Part shown: positions 39,114 through 51,056 of the stretch, piece by piece
How positions within the stretch are numbered: position 1 is the stretch's first letter
How the letters are laid out: each line of letters opens with the position of its first letter
Source of the DNA: an uncultured Candidatus Rokubacteria bacterium
GTDB taxonomy: Bacteria; Methylomirabilota; Methylomirabilia; Rokubacteriales; CSP1-6
DNA: 64,000 nt
Direction of reading: 5' to 3'
Assembly: GCA_963762145.1 (NCBI GenBank)
Contig: CAVXJS010000010.1
Span: 160,001 to 224,000 of the forward strand
Translations under genes and position numbers: made by a program
The notes under the pieces: model-generated
What the model saw: only the letters and a program-made list of their open reading frames with translations
Told to the model about the DNA's origin: nothing
The model's database searches: none

Positions 39114-39665
39114 GTGCACAATTCGCTGCTGCGGGGAGCGCTCGTGGGCCTTCTGCTGATCCCGGTTCTGGCCGGGTGCGTCATCCCTTCCTCGACCACG
39201 CCGCCCACGGCTGAAGTGTTTGCCGCCGATGCCCGCGCGCTCGCCTACGGCCGGACGGCCAAGGAAGTCCTGGAGAATCCCCAGCTCCAGGACAAGCTGC
39301 GCGCGCTGTTCGCCGCCGACTGGAACCCGCCCACCCCGGGAGGGGTCGGCAAGCTGACGCTGGCCGCCCCGCAGTACTTCGAGACGGGCGGGCCCCTGCG
39401 CATGGTCCGCGTCGGGTCTGCCAACTACATCGCCATCACCGGGTGCGCGACGCAGTCCTGCCCGAGCCGCCGCGGGCTCCTGCTGATCCGCGAGGACGGC
39501 GAGGAGCTGCTGGCGCGGCTCGACGACGGCGGCTTCTCGCATCACCATGCCTACGGCGTCGGCGCGGTCGGCGGCGCGGCGGCGTCCATGGCGGCGCTGG
39601 ATAGCGCCCTGGGAGCGCTCACGCGCGCCTCCGACGGGAATCCGTACCCACGCCCTGCGCCGTGA
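39114..39665 (+). CDS. Hypothetical lipoprotein
   Basis: GAGGAGG RBS, GTG start, lipobox LAGC. Confidence 0.7.
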   Translation: MHNSLLRGALVGLLLIPVLAGCVIPSSTTPPTAEVFAADARALAYGRTAKEVLENPQLQDKLRALFAADWNPPTPGGVGKLTLAAPQYFETGGPLRMVRVGSANYIAITGCATQSCPSRRGLLLIREDGEELLARLDDGGFSHHHAYGVGAVGGAAASMAALDSALGALTRASDGNPYPRPAP

Positions 39666-39714
39666 GAGTCCGGCCGGGCGTGTTCACCGCCCGATAGTCA
39701 CAGGAGGGCCGGCA

Positions 39715-40164
39715 ATGAGGAAGCTACGCGAGATCATGCGGGCCGGGTTTCTCTTCATGGTGCAGCGCGATGCCACCGTGCGGGAGGCGGTGCAGGTGAT
39801 GACCGACAACAACGTCGGCATCGTGCTGGTGCTCGAGGGCGAGCGCCTGGTCGGCGTCTTCTCCGAGCGCGACGTGGTGCGGCGCGTGGTGGATCGCGGG
39901 CTCGATCCCGACCGCACGCCGGTGGGGGACGTCATGACCACCGAGATCGTCGTCGGCGATCCGGACGAGGACTACCAGTCCGCGATGCGCAAGATGGATC
40001 AGGCGAGCATCCGGCACCTGCTGGTGGTGAAGGGCGCGGAGATGCTCTCGATGATCTCGATCCGCGACCTGATCCGGGTCGACATGCAGGACAAGGGGGA
40101 GGAGATCCGGTTCTTGCGGGAGTATTTGTATCAGGTGCCGCAGGCCCCTGCGCAGATGAGCTAG
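39715..40164 (+). CDS. CBS-domain protein
   Basis: LVGVFSERD, VGDVMT, IRHL, ISIRDL. Confidence 0.9.
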   Translation: MRKLREIMRAGFLFMVQRDATVREAVQVMTDNNVGIVLVLEGERLVGVFSERDVVRRVVDRGLDPDRTPVGDVMTTEIVVGDPDEDYQSAMRKMDQASIRHLLVVKGAEMLSMISIRDLIRVDMQDKGEEIRFLREYLYQVPQAPAQMS

Positions 40165-40196
40165 CCGCCACCCCTGCGCCCCCTCAGCGTGCAACC

Positions 40197-40232
40197 CCCC
40201 TCACCCTGCCCTCTCCCCGGAGGGGAAAAGGG
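40197..40232 (+). repeat. Palindromic element with a degenerate right arm
   Basis: CCCCTCACCCTGCCCTCTCCCC-GGA-GGGGAAAAGGG. Confidence 0.88.
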
Positions 40233-40242
40233 TTTAGGGGGG

Positions 40243-41013
40243 TCAGGCGTCCATTGCGGCTCGGTTGAGGGTGCGGCGGGGGGCCAGGGTGCTGCCGTGG
40301 TAGCGGGCGGTGAGCTGGGCGCGGCCGCGGAGCGCGAGCTTCTGGAAGATGTGGGTGAGGTGGGCCTTCACCGTGGCCTCGGTGATGCCGAGGCGATGGG
40401 CGGCCTCCTGATTGCTGAGCCCGCCCACGATGAGGTGGACGATCTCCTGCTCGCGGGGGCTCAGTCGCTCCCGGAACGCCAGCTTGCCCACAGGGGGTTT
40501 GACCGACCGGGCGGCCAGCTCCTCGACGGTCAGGGCGAGCACCCGCTTGCTGGCCCACACCTCGCCCTGGTGCACGACGCGGATCGCCTTGATCAGGCTC
40601 TCGACCGAGGCGCTCTTGGCGAGGATTCCGCGGGCCCCCGTCTTGAGGGCCTCGACGGCCCACCGCTCATCCCGGTCGGCGGCGGCCAGGATCACCCAGG
40701 GTCGCACCCCGTTCAGGCGAAGCTCGCGGCAGATGTCGAGGGCGCCGTCGGTCTGCGCGTCCACGAGCAGGATGTGCGGGAGGCTGCTGCGCAGCGGGTC
40801 TCGCATCGGCGGCGCGGTCAGCTCGGCGACGATCACCAGCGTCGGATCGCTCGCCAGGAGCCGATGCAGGCCGGAACGGAACAGGGAGCTATCGCTCAGG
40901 AGAGCGACGCGGACCGGTGTCGGCGCGACGATCGTCGGCGCCTTCACGAGCGAGTCACCGGCCCTAGCCACTGAGGGTTGCCCGTTGCGACGGATCATCA
41001 TTATCGGACCCAC
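40243..41013 (-). CDS. NarL/LuxR-family response regulator (start uncertain)
   Basis: Degenerate REC domain plus LSPREQEIV...SNQEAAHRLGITEATVKAHLTHIFQKL. Confidence 0.88.
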   Translation of the reverse strand: MGPIMMIRRNGQPSVARAGDSLVKAPTIVAPTPVRVALLSDSSLFRSGLHRLLASDPTLVIVAELTAPPMRDPLRSSLPHILLVDAQTDGALDICRELRLNGVRPWVILAAADRDERWAVEALKTGARGILAKSASVESLIKAIRVVHQGEVWASKRVLALTVEELAARSVKPPVGKLAFRERLSPREQEIVHLIVGGLSNQEAAHRLGITEATVKAHLTHIFQKLALRGRAQLTARYHGSTLAPRRTLNRAAMDA

Positions 41014-41044
41014 GGCTCGCCGGCGCGGCGGTCGATCGCGGTGA

Positions 41045-41311
41045 TCATCGGAGCTCCTTCCTGATGCGTTGGATACCGAGTCGTTCCATCGTCTCCTCGT
41101 CCAGCTCCGAGAGGATCCGTCGGTGGATCGCCTCGACCTCCATGTCGGTCATGTCCTGAACCGCCCGGGTCTTTCCCCTGACGCAGGCGAGATGGGCGTA
41201 GATGCGGTTGTCCGTCGTCCGCGCCGTATCTCGGTTCGTGACCACATACTCCTGTTGGTCCAGGTCCACGAGTTCGTGGCATTCCGGACAGAGAAGGACT
41301 TCGGGAGCCAT
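41045..41311 (-). CDS. Small hypothetical protein with CxxC...HxxC
   Basis: CPEC...HLAC; lies between the TPR gene and the regulator on the same strand. Confidence 0.55.
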   Translation of the reverse strand: MAPEVLLCPECHELVDLDQQEYVVTNRDTARTTDNRIYAHLACVRGKTRAVQDMTDMEVEAIHRRILSELDEETMERLGIQRIRKELR

Positions 41312-41324
41312 GGCTGGGTCGGGT

Positions 41325-44069
<2,745 letters not shown>

Positions 44070-44095
44070 CGTCTTCCCTCTGCGACTAGAGCGCT

Positions 44096-44350
44096 TCAGA
44101 GCCGTACGATGGCAACACCGTGCACAGCCAGCCACTCCGACACCTTGTTCCAGCCGGCCGGGTCATCCGTTTTCCATCTCGCGATGGCGGAACCGGGAAC
44201 GACGACCCAGGGGAGCCTCGTCTGGGTCACGCGCTCAACCAACTGGATCAAGTCGTGATTAGGTCCGAGCTCCGAGCGCAAGCTGTCTACCTGGCTGGCA
44301 GCGAGGCTGCGAAGATCTTGTTGTTCAGAGGACTGAGACACTTCAGCCAC
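44096..44350 (-). CDS. Hypothetical protein
   Basis: AAGGAG RBS and GTG start; downstream of a sigma-54 box. Confidence 0.6.
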   Translation of the reverse strand: MAEVSQSSEQQDLRSLAASQVDSLRSELGPNHDLIQLVERVTQTRLPWVVVPGSAIARWKTDDPAGWNKVSEWLAVHGVAIVRL

Positions 44351-44389
44351 GATGGAAAGCTCCTTTTTCGAGTAGTGGCAGGCGGAAAA

Positions 44390-44404
44390 GCAACGCGCGT
44401 GCCA
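44390..44404 (-). promoter_or_regulatory. sigma-54 promoter (TGGCACG-CGCG-TTGCT)
   Basis: Perfect consensus on the minus strand. Confidence 0.78.
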
Positions 44405-44536
44405 GGATACGATCGCACGAACTCCGGCATTGTCACATGCTTGCAGATATGACCCACGACTCCTCCGGTATTAAGTTCCGGACGAAGTCAGAATAAACTT
44501 CCGCAGAGCGTAAACTTTACCGTTGCGGTTACGGCG

Positions 44537-44800
44537 TCACGTCATCAGGAACGCTACGAGTGCCACGAGGCGCGGCGCATTCTTCTCGATCCATTCGCGC
44601 GCGCGGCTCACCTCGAAGTTCTCGGCTTCCGCCTCGGTGGCGAAGCGGGTCTCGGAGATGGGCAGATCGATGTTGCGCTCGCCGGTCGGGGTGGCCTGCT
44701 GGATGGTGGTCACGGCCGACCACTTGCCGTCCTTCATGCGCTCGGACGCGATGGCGATGCTGTAGTCCCCCGGAGCCTCGAACCGCTTTCTCTGCACCAT
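44537..44800 (-). CDS. Hypothetical protein
   Basis: GAGG RBS; host-like codon usage; globular-looking sequence. Confidence 0.65.
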   Translation of the reverse strand: MVQRKRFEAPGDYSIAIASERMKDGKWSAVTTIQQATPTGERNIDLPISETRFATEAEAENFEVSRAREWIEKNAPRLVALVAFLMT

Positions 44801-44804
44801 CAAG

Positions 44805-45065
44805 TCACCTCGCTGATTGTGAAGTTCGCGGGAACGCTTCCTCGGGCCAGAGCCCGGGGACCACGGTCTGGCACGTGTAACGGCAGTGCGCGCACTCGAG
44901 CAATGCCACACTGGGGTGACCGTACTGGGTCACCGTGTGGATGGCTTTGAGGGGCCGGCTACATCGAGGGCACGGTCCGTCGGGGGAGCCTGAGCCCAAT
45001 CCCAATCCCACTGCGCCGCCGTTTAGTCGTCCCATGAGCGTGGCCTCCATTCCGACCGCCACCAT
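44805..45065 (-). CDS. Hypothetical zinc-ribbon protein
   Basis: CPRC...CAHC; downstream of a sigma-54 box. Confidence 0.55.
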   Translation of the reverse strand: MVAVGMEATLMGRLNGGAVGLGLGSGSPDGPCPRCSRPLKAIHTVTQYGHPSVALLECAHCRYTCQTVVPGLWPEEAFPRTSQSAR

Positions 45066-45081
45066 TCTAGCCTCTTGCTGG

Positions 45082-45096
45082 GCAACGGGCATGCCG
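45082..45096 (-). promoter_or_regulatory. sigma-54 promoter (CGGCAT-GCCCG-TTGC)
   Basis: GG-N10-GC with TTGC. Confidence 0.62.
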
Positions 45097-45192
45097 GATG
45101 CAGAAGTGCGGAGTGGCGCGATGATATGAGGCGGTGTCCGCCGATAGCCGGTAAGAACGCCGTGTAATTTCTACAGCAAGAAGGAGAGAGCG

Positions 45193-45668
45193 ATGCGGAA
45201 GCGTGTGACCAGCCCGTCGCCGCCCGAGGCGGCCATGCAGGACCCCGAGTGGCTCGATCTGGAGCAGGTCGCTCAGGTCGAGGTGACGTCGGAGGACCCC
45301 GCGTACCCGATCGAAGCCGCGCTGGTGCCCGGCGTCGACTCCGGGTGGCGGGCCGCGCAGCCCGGCGAGCAGACGATCCGGCTGATCTTCGATCGGCCGC
45401 AGCGCGTGAGTCGCATGTGGCTGCTCTTCATCGAGTCGGATACGCTCCGCACGCACGAGTTCGTGCTGCGCTGGTCGCCGGACGGCGGGCGGTCGTTCCG
45501 CGAGGTCCTCCGCCAGCAGTGGAACTTCGGGCCGCCGGAGACGATCCGCGAGGCGGAGGACTATCGCGTCGAGCTCGCCGGAGTCACGGTGCTGGAGCTG
45601 GCGATCACCCCCGACAAGAGCGGGGAGAGGCACGGGCGTCGCTCGCGCAGTGGCGACTGGCCGGCTAG
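45193..45668 (+). CDS. Conserved hypothetical protein (discoidin/carbohydrate-binding-like); frameshift near 45625
   Basis: WLDLEQVAQVEVTSED..PIE.AL, GWRAAQPGEQTIRLIFD, RQQWNF; the natural C-terminus ARASLAQWRLAG is in another frame. Confidence 0.7.
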
Positions 45669-45702
45669 CTGCGCGTCGCCGACGCCCGCCCCGGCTCAGC
45701 TG

Positions 45703-46038
45703 CTACTTGGGAAGGGTCGGCGCGCCCGGGACCGGCGGCCCGCAGGCGGTGCTCCCCGGCTGCCGGACCTGGCCGGGACCGCAGGGGAAGGTCGGCGAGG
45801 TACGGCCCGGGTCGCTGATGCTGGGCGGTACCGTGGTGCCTGGGGTGCCGGGCACGCCCGGGGTGCCTGGCGTGGTGCTGCTCGGCGGGCGCGGTGTTGG
45901 TGCCGGCGTCGGCGCGGGCGGAGCTCCGGGCGTCGGGAGGCCCGGGCTGCTCGGGGCAGTGCCTGGCGTCTGGGCCGCTGCCGTCCCGGTCAGGATCAGG
46001 GTCGTCGCCACGATGGTCAGGGAGGATTTCCAGGTCAT
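45703..46038 (-). CDS. Pro/Thr-rich exported protein with a Cys pair
   Basis: AAGGAG RBS; signal peptide MTWKSSLTIVATTLILTGTAAAQ. Confidence 0.7.
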   Translation of the reverse strand: MTWKSSLTIVATTLILTGTAAAQTPGTAPSSPGLPTPGAPPAPTPAPTPRPPSSTTPGTPGVPGTPGTTVPPSISDPGRTSPTFPCGPGQVRQPGSTACGPPVPGAPTLPK

Positions 46039-46065
46039 GGGTGGCTCCTTTCCTGACGTCAGTTC

Positions 46066-46080
46066 GCAAGGCGTGTGCCG
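46066..46080 (-). promoter_or_regulatory. sigma-54 promoter (CGGCAC-ACGCC-TTGC)
   Basis: Consensus match about 30 bp upstream of the ATG. Confidence 0.7.
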
Positions 46081-46191
46081 GGATACCGAAGCTCGCATCG
46101 GGGGCGGGAGTCGGGGAAAGGCGTAAGTGCTGGGCGCGGTCGGGAAGAGTGTGCTGGGTGGAGCTTACCGACTGGCCTTGGGTCGCTCGGC

Positions 46192-46226
46192 CCCCTCACC
46201 CTGCCCTCTCCCCGGAGGGGAGAGGG
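46192..46226 (+). repeat. 35-bp palindromic element
   Basis: Consensus match. Confidence 0.95.
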
Positions 46227-46235
46227 GGAGATCGG

Positions 46236-46604
46236 TTACTGGAGGAGGCGGCGGATGGCGCGACGGAGCGCTGTGATCTTGAAGGGCTTGGGGAGCAGGG
46301 GGGCGTGGATGACCTTCAGGAAGCCTTCGAAGGCGGCGTTGTTGGCCAGCGGCGAGACGAAGACGAAGTGTGGGGGGTTGCTCGGCCAGCGACTCCGCAC
46401 CGCGGAGTAGAGGCTCGGGCCGTCCACCTCGGGCATCATCAGGTCGGAGACGATCAGGTCGTAGCACTTCCGGCCGAGCAGGCGCAGGGCTTCGAAGCCG
46501 TTGCCGCTGGCGTCCACCTCATGGCCGTCTGCCCGGAGGCTCGAGACGATGAGGTCCCGGGCGCCCTGGTCGTCCTCGACCACGAGAATGCGGCCGGTGG
46601 TCAT
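46236..46604 (-). CDS. Single-domain response regulator (REC)
   Basis: ILVVEDD, SDLMMPEVDG, KPF. Confidence 0.88.
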   Translation of the reverse strand: MTTGRILVVEDDQGARDLIVSSLRADGHEVDASGNGFEALRLLGRKCYDLIVSDLMMPEVDGPSLYSAVRSRWPSNPPHFVFVSPLANNAAFEGFLKVIHAPLLPKPFKITALRRAIRRLLQ

Positions 46605-46645
46605 CTGAGTGCTCCCCTGGAGTCCCATGACGGCTCCTGTATGGT

Positions 46646-46660
46646 GCATCGCCAGTGCCA
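46646..46660 (-). promoter_or_regulatory. sigma-54 promoter (TGGCAC-TGGCG-ATGCA)
   Basis: GG-N10-GC consensus. Confidence 0.65.
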
Positions 46661-46743
46661 CGCGGAAAGCGACATGACAGCGGTACCTTACGAGCCAGGC
46701 GCCGCGAGGATGTTCGGCGCCTGACGCTTGTGGTCTGTAGGAA

Positions 46744-49101
46744 CTACCTGGGGCCGCCCGCTGAGCGCATGGCCTGCCACACGCGCTCGGGACTCACGGG
46801 CATGTCGAGGTGGCGGACGCCCAGGGGAGCCAGGGCGTCGTTGACCGCGTTCATCAGGGCGGGCAGGGCGCCCACCGTGCCGGCCTCACCCACGCCCTTG
46901 GCTCCCAGCGGGTTCACCCGGGTGGGCACCTCGTGGGCGTCCACGTCGAAGAGCGGCACCTCGTCGGCCCGCGGCATCGCGTAGTCCATGAACGACCCCG
47001 TGAGCACCTGGCCCGTCTCGTCGTAGGTCAGCTCCTCGGCGAGCGCCTGGCCCAGGCCCTGGACGGCGCCCCCGTGGATCTGCCCCTTCACCAGCAGCGG
47101 GTTGATCATGCGGCCGACGTCGTCCACCACGGTGTAGCGCAGCACGCGCACCACGCCGGTCTCGGCGTCCACCTCGACCTCGCAGACGTGGCACCCGTTC
47201 GGGAAGGTGACCGCGGGCGGCGTGAACGCGGCGGTATCGCTCCAGCCGGGCTCGAGGCCAGGCGGCAGCGCGCGCGGCTGATACGCGGTGCGGGCCACGC
47301 GGCTCCACGCGACGTCGCGGTCGGTGCCGGCGACGACGAACTTCCCGTCGCGGAGCGCCACGTCCTCCGGCGCCGCCTCCAGCAAGTGCGCGGCGATGCG
47401 GCGGCCGCGCTCGATCGTCTTCTCGGTGGCGCGCAGCACCGCCGAGCCGCCGACCGAGATGGCGCCGGAGCCGCCGTTGCCGCGGCCCGCGTCGAGCGCG
47501 TCGCTGTCGCCCGAGAAGACCTGGATGCGGTCGGGCGTCAGGCCGAGCCGGTCGCTCACGATCTGGGTGAACGCGGTCTCGTTGCCCTGGCCCATGGAGG
47601 TCGAGCCCGCGAAGAGCGAGACCGAGCCGTCGGGGTTGACGCGCACCTCCGCGGTGTCGGGGTTGACCGCGGTGTAGGGGCCGCCCGCGACCTCGATCGG
47701 GTTGGCGATGCCGAGGCCCAGGAGCTTGCCGTGCGCGCGGGCCTCGGCCCGCCGCCGCTCGAAGCCCGCGCGGTCGGACTGGGTCAGCGCCATCGTCATG
47801 CTGCGCTCGAAGTCGCCGCAGTCGTAGGTGAAGACGAGGCCGGTCTTGAACGGCATCGCGGAGGGCGGGATCAGGTTGCGGCGGCGCAGATCGACCGGGT
47901 CGATGCCGAGCTCGCGCGCGGCCACGTCGATCACGCGCTCGATCGCGTAGGTCGCCTCGGGGCGGCCGGCGCCGCGGTACGGCCCGGTGGGCGTGGTGTT
48001 GGTGAACACGCCGGTGCTCTCGATGTGGATCGCGGGCGTGGTGTAGACGCCGGCGAGGCCGCCCACGTTGTTGGTGGCGGGGCCCGCGCTGCGCGGGGTC
48101 AGGTACGCGCCGATGTCCACCTTCAGCGCGACGCGCAGGCCGAGGAAGCGGCCGCCCGCGTCGAGCGCCAGCTCCGCGGTGGTCACGTTGTCGCGGCCGT
48201 GCTCGTCGCTCAGGAAGCCCTCGCGGCGGCTCGACGTCCACTTCACCGGCCGGCCGAGGCGCTTGGCGGCCCAGAGGACCAGCACCAGCTCCGGATAGAT
48301 GCCGCTGCGCATGCCGAAGCTGCCGCCGACCTCGCTCGTGACCACGCGCACCTGGCCGTGGGGCACGCGGAAGATCTGCTCGGCGAGGATGGACCGGAGC
48401 CCGTGCGGGCCCTGGATGCCGGTGTGCAGCGTGTAGCGGCCGGTGCGGCGGTCGAACTCGCCGACCGCGGCGCGCGGCTCCATCGGCGCGGCGGCCACGC
48501 GCGTCACCACGAAGTCGAGCCGCGTGACGTGCGCGGCGCTCGCGAAGGCGCGCGCCACCGCGTCGCGCGAGCCGGCCTCCCAGACGAAGGCCACGTTGTC
48601 GGGCGCCTCGTCCCAGACCGCGGGCGCGGCGCCGCTCGTGGCGCGCGCGGCGCCCGTCACCGGGGGCAGGGGCGCGTAGTCGAGGGCCACCAGCTCCGCG
48701 GCGTCGGCGGCCGCTTCCGGGGTCGTGGCCACCACGAGCGCGATGGGATCACCCACGTGGCGGACGCGCTCGCGGATCAGCGCGGGGCGCGGGGTGGGGA
48801 ACGCGGGCGCGCCGTCGCGGCGCTTGCGCGACCCATCGGTCGGCAGGTGGCCGAGGCCGTCGGCCGCGAGGTCGGCGCCGGTGAGCACCGCGAGCACGCC
48901 GGGCGCGCGGAGCGCCGCCGCGGGGTCGATGCCGCGGATGCGGGCGTGCGCGTGGGGCGAGCGCAGCACCACCGCGTAGGCCTGGCGCGGCAGGCTCACG
49001 TCGTCGGAGTAGCGGCCGAGCCCCTGGACCAGGCGCGGGTCTTCGAGGCGCGAGACGGACTGGCCCATCGCGAATTTCTGGACGGTGATCGGCTCGCTCA
49101 T
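46744..49101 (-). CDS. Xanthine-dehydrogenase-family molybdopterin-binding subunit (form II CoxL-like)
   Basis: RLEDPRLVQG, VGGSFG, YRGAGRPE, GQGNET, GAKGVGEAG. Confidence 0.92.
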   Translation of the reverse strand: MSEPITVQKFAMGQSVSRLEDPRLVQGLGRYSDDVSLPRQAYAVVLRSPHAHARIRGIDPAAALRAPGVLAVLTGADLAADGLGHLPTDGSRKRRDGAPAFPTPRPALIRERVRHVGDPIALVVATTPEAAADAAELVALDYAPLPPVTGAARATSGAAPAVWDEAPDNVAFVWEAGSRDAVARAFASAAHVTRLDFVVTRVAAAPMEPRAAVGEFDRRTGRYTLHTGIQGPHGLRSILAEQIFRVPHGQVRVVTSEVGGSFGMRSGIYPELVLVLWAAKRLGRPVKWTSSRREGFLSDEHGRDNVTTAELALDAGGRFLGLRVALKVDIGAYLTPRSAGPATNNVGGLAGVYTTPAIHIESTGVFTNTTPTGPYRGAGRPEATYAIERVIDVAARELGIDPVDLRRRNLIPPSAMPFKTGLVFTYDCGDFERSMTMALTQSDRAGFERRRAEARAHGKLLGLGIANPIEVAGGPYTAVNPDTAEVRVNPDGSVSLFAGSTSMGQGNETAFTQIVSDRLGLTPDRIQVFSGDSDALDAGRGNGGSGAISVGGSAVLRATEKTIERGRRIAAHLLEAAPEDVALRDGKFVVAGTDRDVAWSRVARTAYQPRALPPGLEPGWSDTAAFTPPAVTFPNGCHVCEVEVDAETGVVRVLRYTVVDDVGRMINPLLVKGQIHGGAVQGLGQALAEELTYDETGQVLTGSFMDYAMPRADEVPLFDVDAHEVPTRVNPLGAKGVGEAGTVGALPALMNAVNDALAPLGVRHLDMPVSPERVWQAMRSAGGPR

Positions 49102-49158
49102 GGGGGCGGGCCGCTACTATGCCACGCGGGCGGGAGACGGGCAAACCACCCCTCAGAA

Positions 49159-49385
49159 CCCTCTCCCCGCTGGGGAGAGGGCAGGGTGAGGGGCGGGGAG
49201 GTGAGGGGCGGGAGGTGAGAGGGGCGGGGAGGTGAGGGGCGAGGTCGGCCGACGTATTACCGAGGCGCGCGTCCGCTTCGAAAGGTCGTCCTCAAGGCCC
49301 GAACCACGGACCCCTCACCCTACCCTCTCCCCCGAGGGGAGAGGGTGTGTTTGGACGGACCCCTCACCCTGCCCTCTCCCGAGGG
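49159..49385. repeat. Element cluster: minus copy 49159-49193 with tandem tail copies to about 49243; plus copy 49311-49345; internally deleted tandem copy 49360-49385
   Basis: Directly visible in the sequence. Confidence 0.92.
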
Positions 49386-49402
49386 TGTGTTTGGGGTGTT
49401 GG

Positions 49403-50998
49403 CTAGCGGCGGGCGAGGCGGGCGAAGGCGGGGAGATAGGGCCGGACGACGCCGAGGCCGGTGCGATCGGCCAGCGCGCGGACCAGCTCGCGGACGTTGC
49501 CGCGGGCGCCCGGGTCGTGCAGCCGGAGCGACAGCATCGCGGAGGCCAGACGGCCCACCGCGGAGAGCAGGAAGAGCACGTGCAGGTTGCTCCACGCCTC
49601 GCCGGCGAGATCGAAGTGCGTCGGGATGAGCGCGGCGAGCTGGCCGGCGAGGATCGAGGCCAGGCCGAAGCCCAGGCCGCCCGCGGTGGCGAACGTGGCC
49701 AGGTAGAACGGCCGCGACGCGCGCGGGGCCAGGCCGATGGTCAGGTCGAAGGCGGCGATGTTGTGCCCCGACCACAGGAAGGCGGCGAAGATCGCGTCCA
49801 GCGCGATCGGCCACAGGCGATCCGGCGTGACGAAGAACCACGTCAGCGGCACGGCCGCGATCCCGAAGGAGCAGAAGACCACCACGGGCCCGGCGCCGAT
49901 GCGGTCCACCGCGTGGCCCCAGAACCGGGCGGAGGCCATGCGCACCACGGCCACCCCGACGCCGTGGGCGGCCACCACCAGGAAGCCGGTGTGGAGGTTC
50001 GTCAGCATGTGGTACGCGAAGAAGCTGGCCGAGATGCCCACCGCCGCGTTCCAGGCGAAGAGGTAGCCGAGGAAAGGCCGCACGCGCCGGTCGCGCAGCG
50101 TGAGCCGGAGCGCCTGCCAGGCCGAGACGTCCGCCTCCACGGCCAGCGGGGGCTCGTGCTGGCGGAGCATCAGCACCACGCTCACCACGCCGGCCAGGAA
50201 GGCGGCGCCGGTGAGGATCGAGAGCGCGGCGCCGGTCCAGCCGATCGGCGCGAGCCGGTCCAGCAGGATCGCGGCCGCGAGCGAGGTCAGGGTGCCCGCG
50301 AGGCTCAGGAAGACCGTGCGACGCCCGAAGAAGCGCCCGCGCAGGCGGTCGGGCACGAGGTCGCCCATCCAGGCCACCCAGGCGCTGTTGCCGATCACGC
50401 TCGCCACCGTGCTGATCGCGACGATGCCGAGGAAGAGATCGAGCTTCGTCTCCGGCCCCGCGTCGAGCGTCGGAAGCGCGAGGAGCGGGAGAAACGTCAG
50501 GCGCGAGATGCCGACGGCCCAGAGGGCCACCGTCTTGCGGCTGCGCGCGTTCGTGAACCAGGCGGCGGGCAGGCTCGCCACCTGGGCGCCGAGCGGGAGC
50601 GCGCCGAGGAAGCCGATGATCGCGGCGCTCGCGCCCAGGTAGAGCGCCCAGCCGGTGATGACGGCGCCGGTGGCGCACGCGGCAAAAATTTCCGCGAAGG
50701 CGCCCTCCGCCACCGCGGCGTTCAGCGAGCGGCGCAGCCGGCCTCCGGCGGCCGGAGTCTGGCCGGGCGCGCGGTCCGACCCGGGGGCCCCGGTCAGCGC
50801 GGGGCTCGAGGCGGGAACAGATTCGGCCTGCGGGATCGAGAAGGCGGAGGCGATGCGGGCGAGCGAGGCCAGCACGGCGGAGGCACGAATCGTCTTCAAG
50901 GCAGCATTCGCAATTGCACGTCGCGGGCCATCACGCGTCGCTTGATTTGACGCGGGTTCGCGTAGTTGCGGGATCCGCGCGGGCCGGGGCAGCGACAT
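49403..50998 (-). CDS. MFS transporter (true start probably further downstream)
   Basis: WVAWMGDLVPDRLRGRFFGRR; multiple TM helices. Confidence 0.85.
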   Translation of the reverse strand: MSLPRPARIPQLREPASNQATRDGPRRAIANAALKTIRASAVLASLARIASAFSIPQAESVPASSPALTGAPGSDRAPGQTPAAGGRLRRSLNAAVAEGAFAEIFAACATGAVITGWALYLGASAAIIGFLGALPLGAQVASLPAAWFTNARSRKTVALWAVGISRLTFLPLLALPTLDAGPETKLDLFLGIVAISTVASVIGNSAWVAWMGDLVPDRLRGRFFGRRTVFLSLAGTLTSLAAAILLDRLAPIGWTGAALSILTGAAFLAGVVSVVLMLRQHEPPLAVEADVSAWQALRLTLRDRRVRPFLGYLFAWNAAVGISASFFAYHMLTNLHTGFLVVAAHGVGVAVVRMASARFWGHAVDRIGAGPVVVFCSFGIAAVPLTWFFVTPDRLWPIALDAIFAAFLWSGHNIAAFDLTIGLAPRASRPFYLATFATAGGLGFGLASILAGQLAALIPTHFDLAGEAWSNLHVLFLLSAVGRLASAMLSLRLHDPGARGNVRELVRALADRTGLGVVRPYLPAFARLARR

Positions 50999-51056
50999 CC
51001 GGCGTCAGCGGACTGACACGCTTCGGCCAGGCTTCGGATGAGGTAGACTCCCGCCA

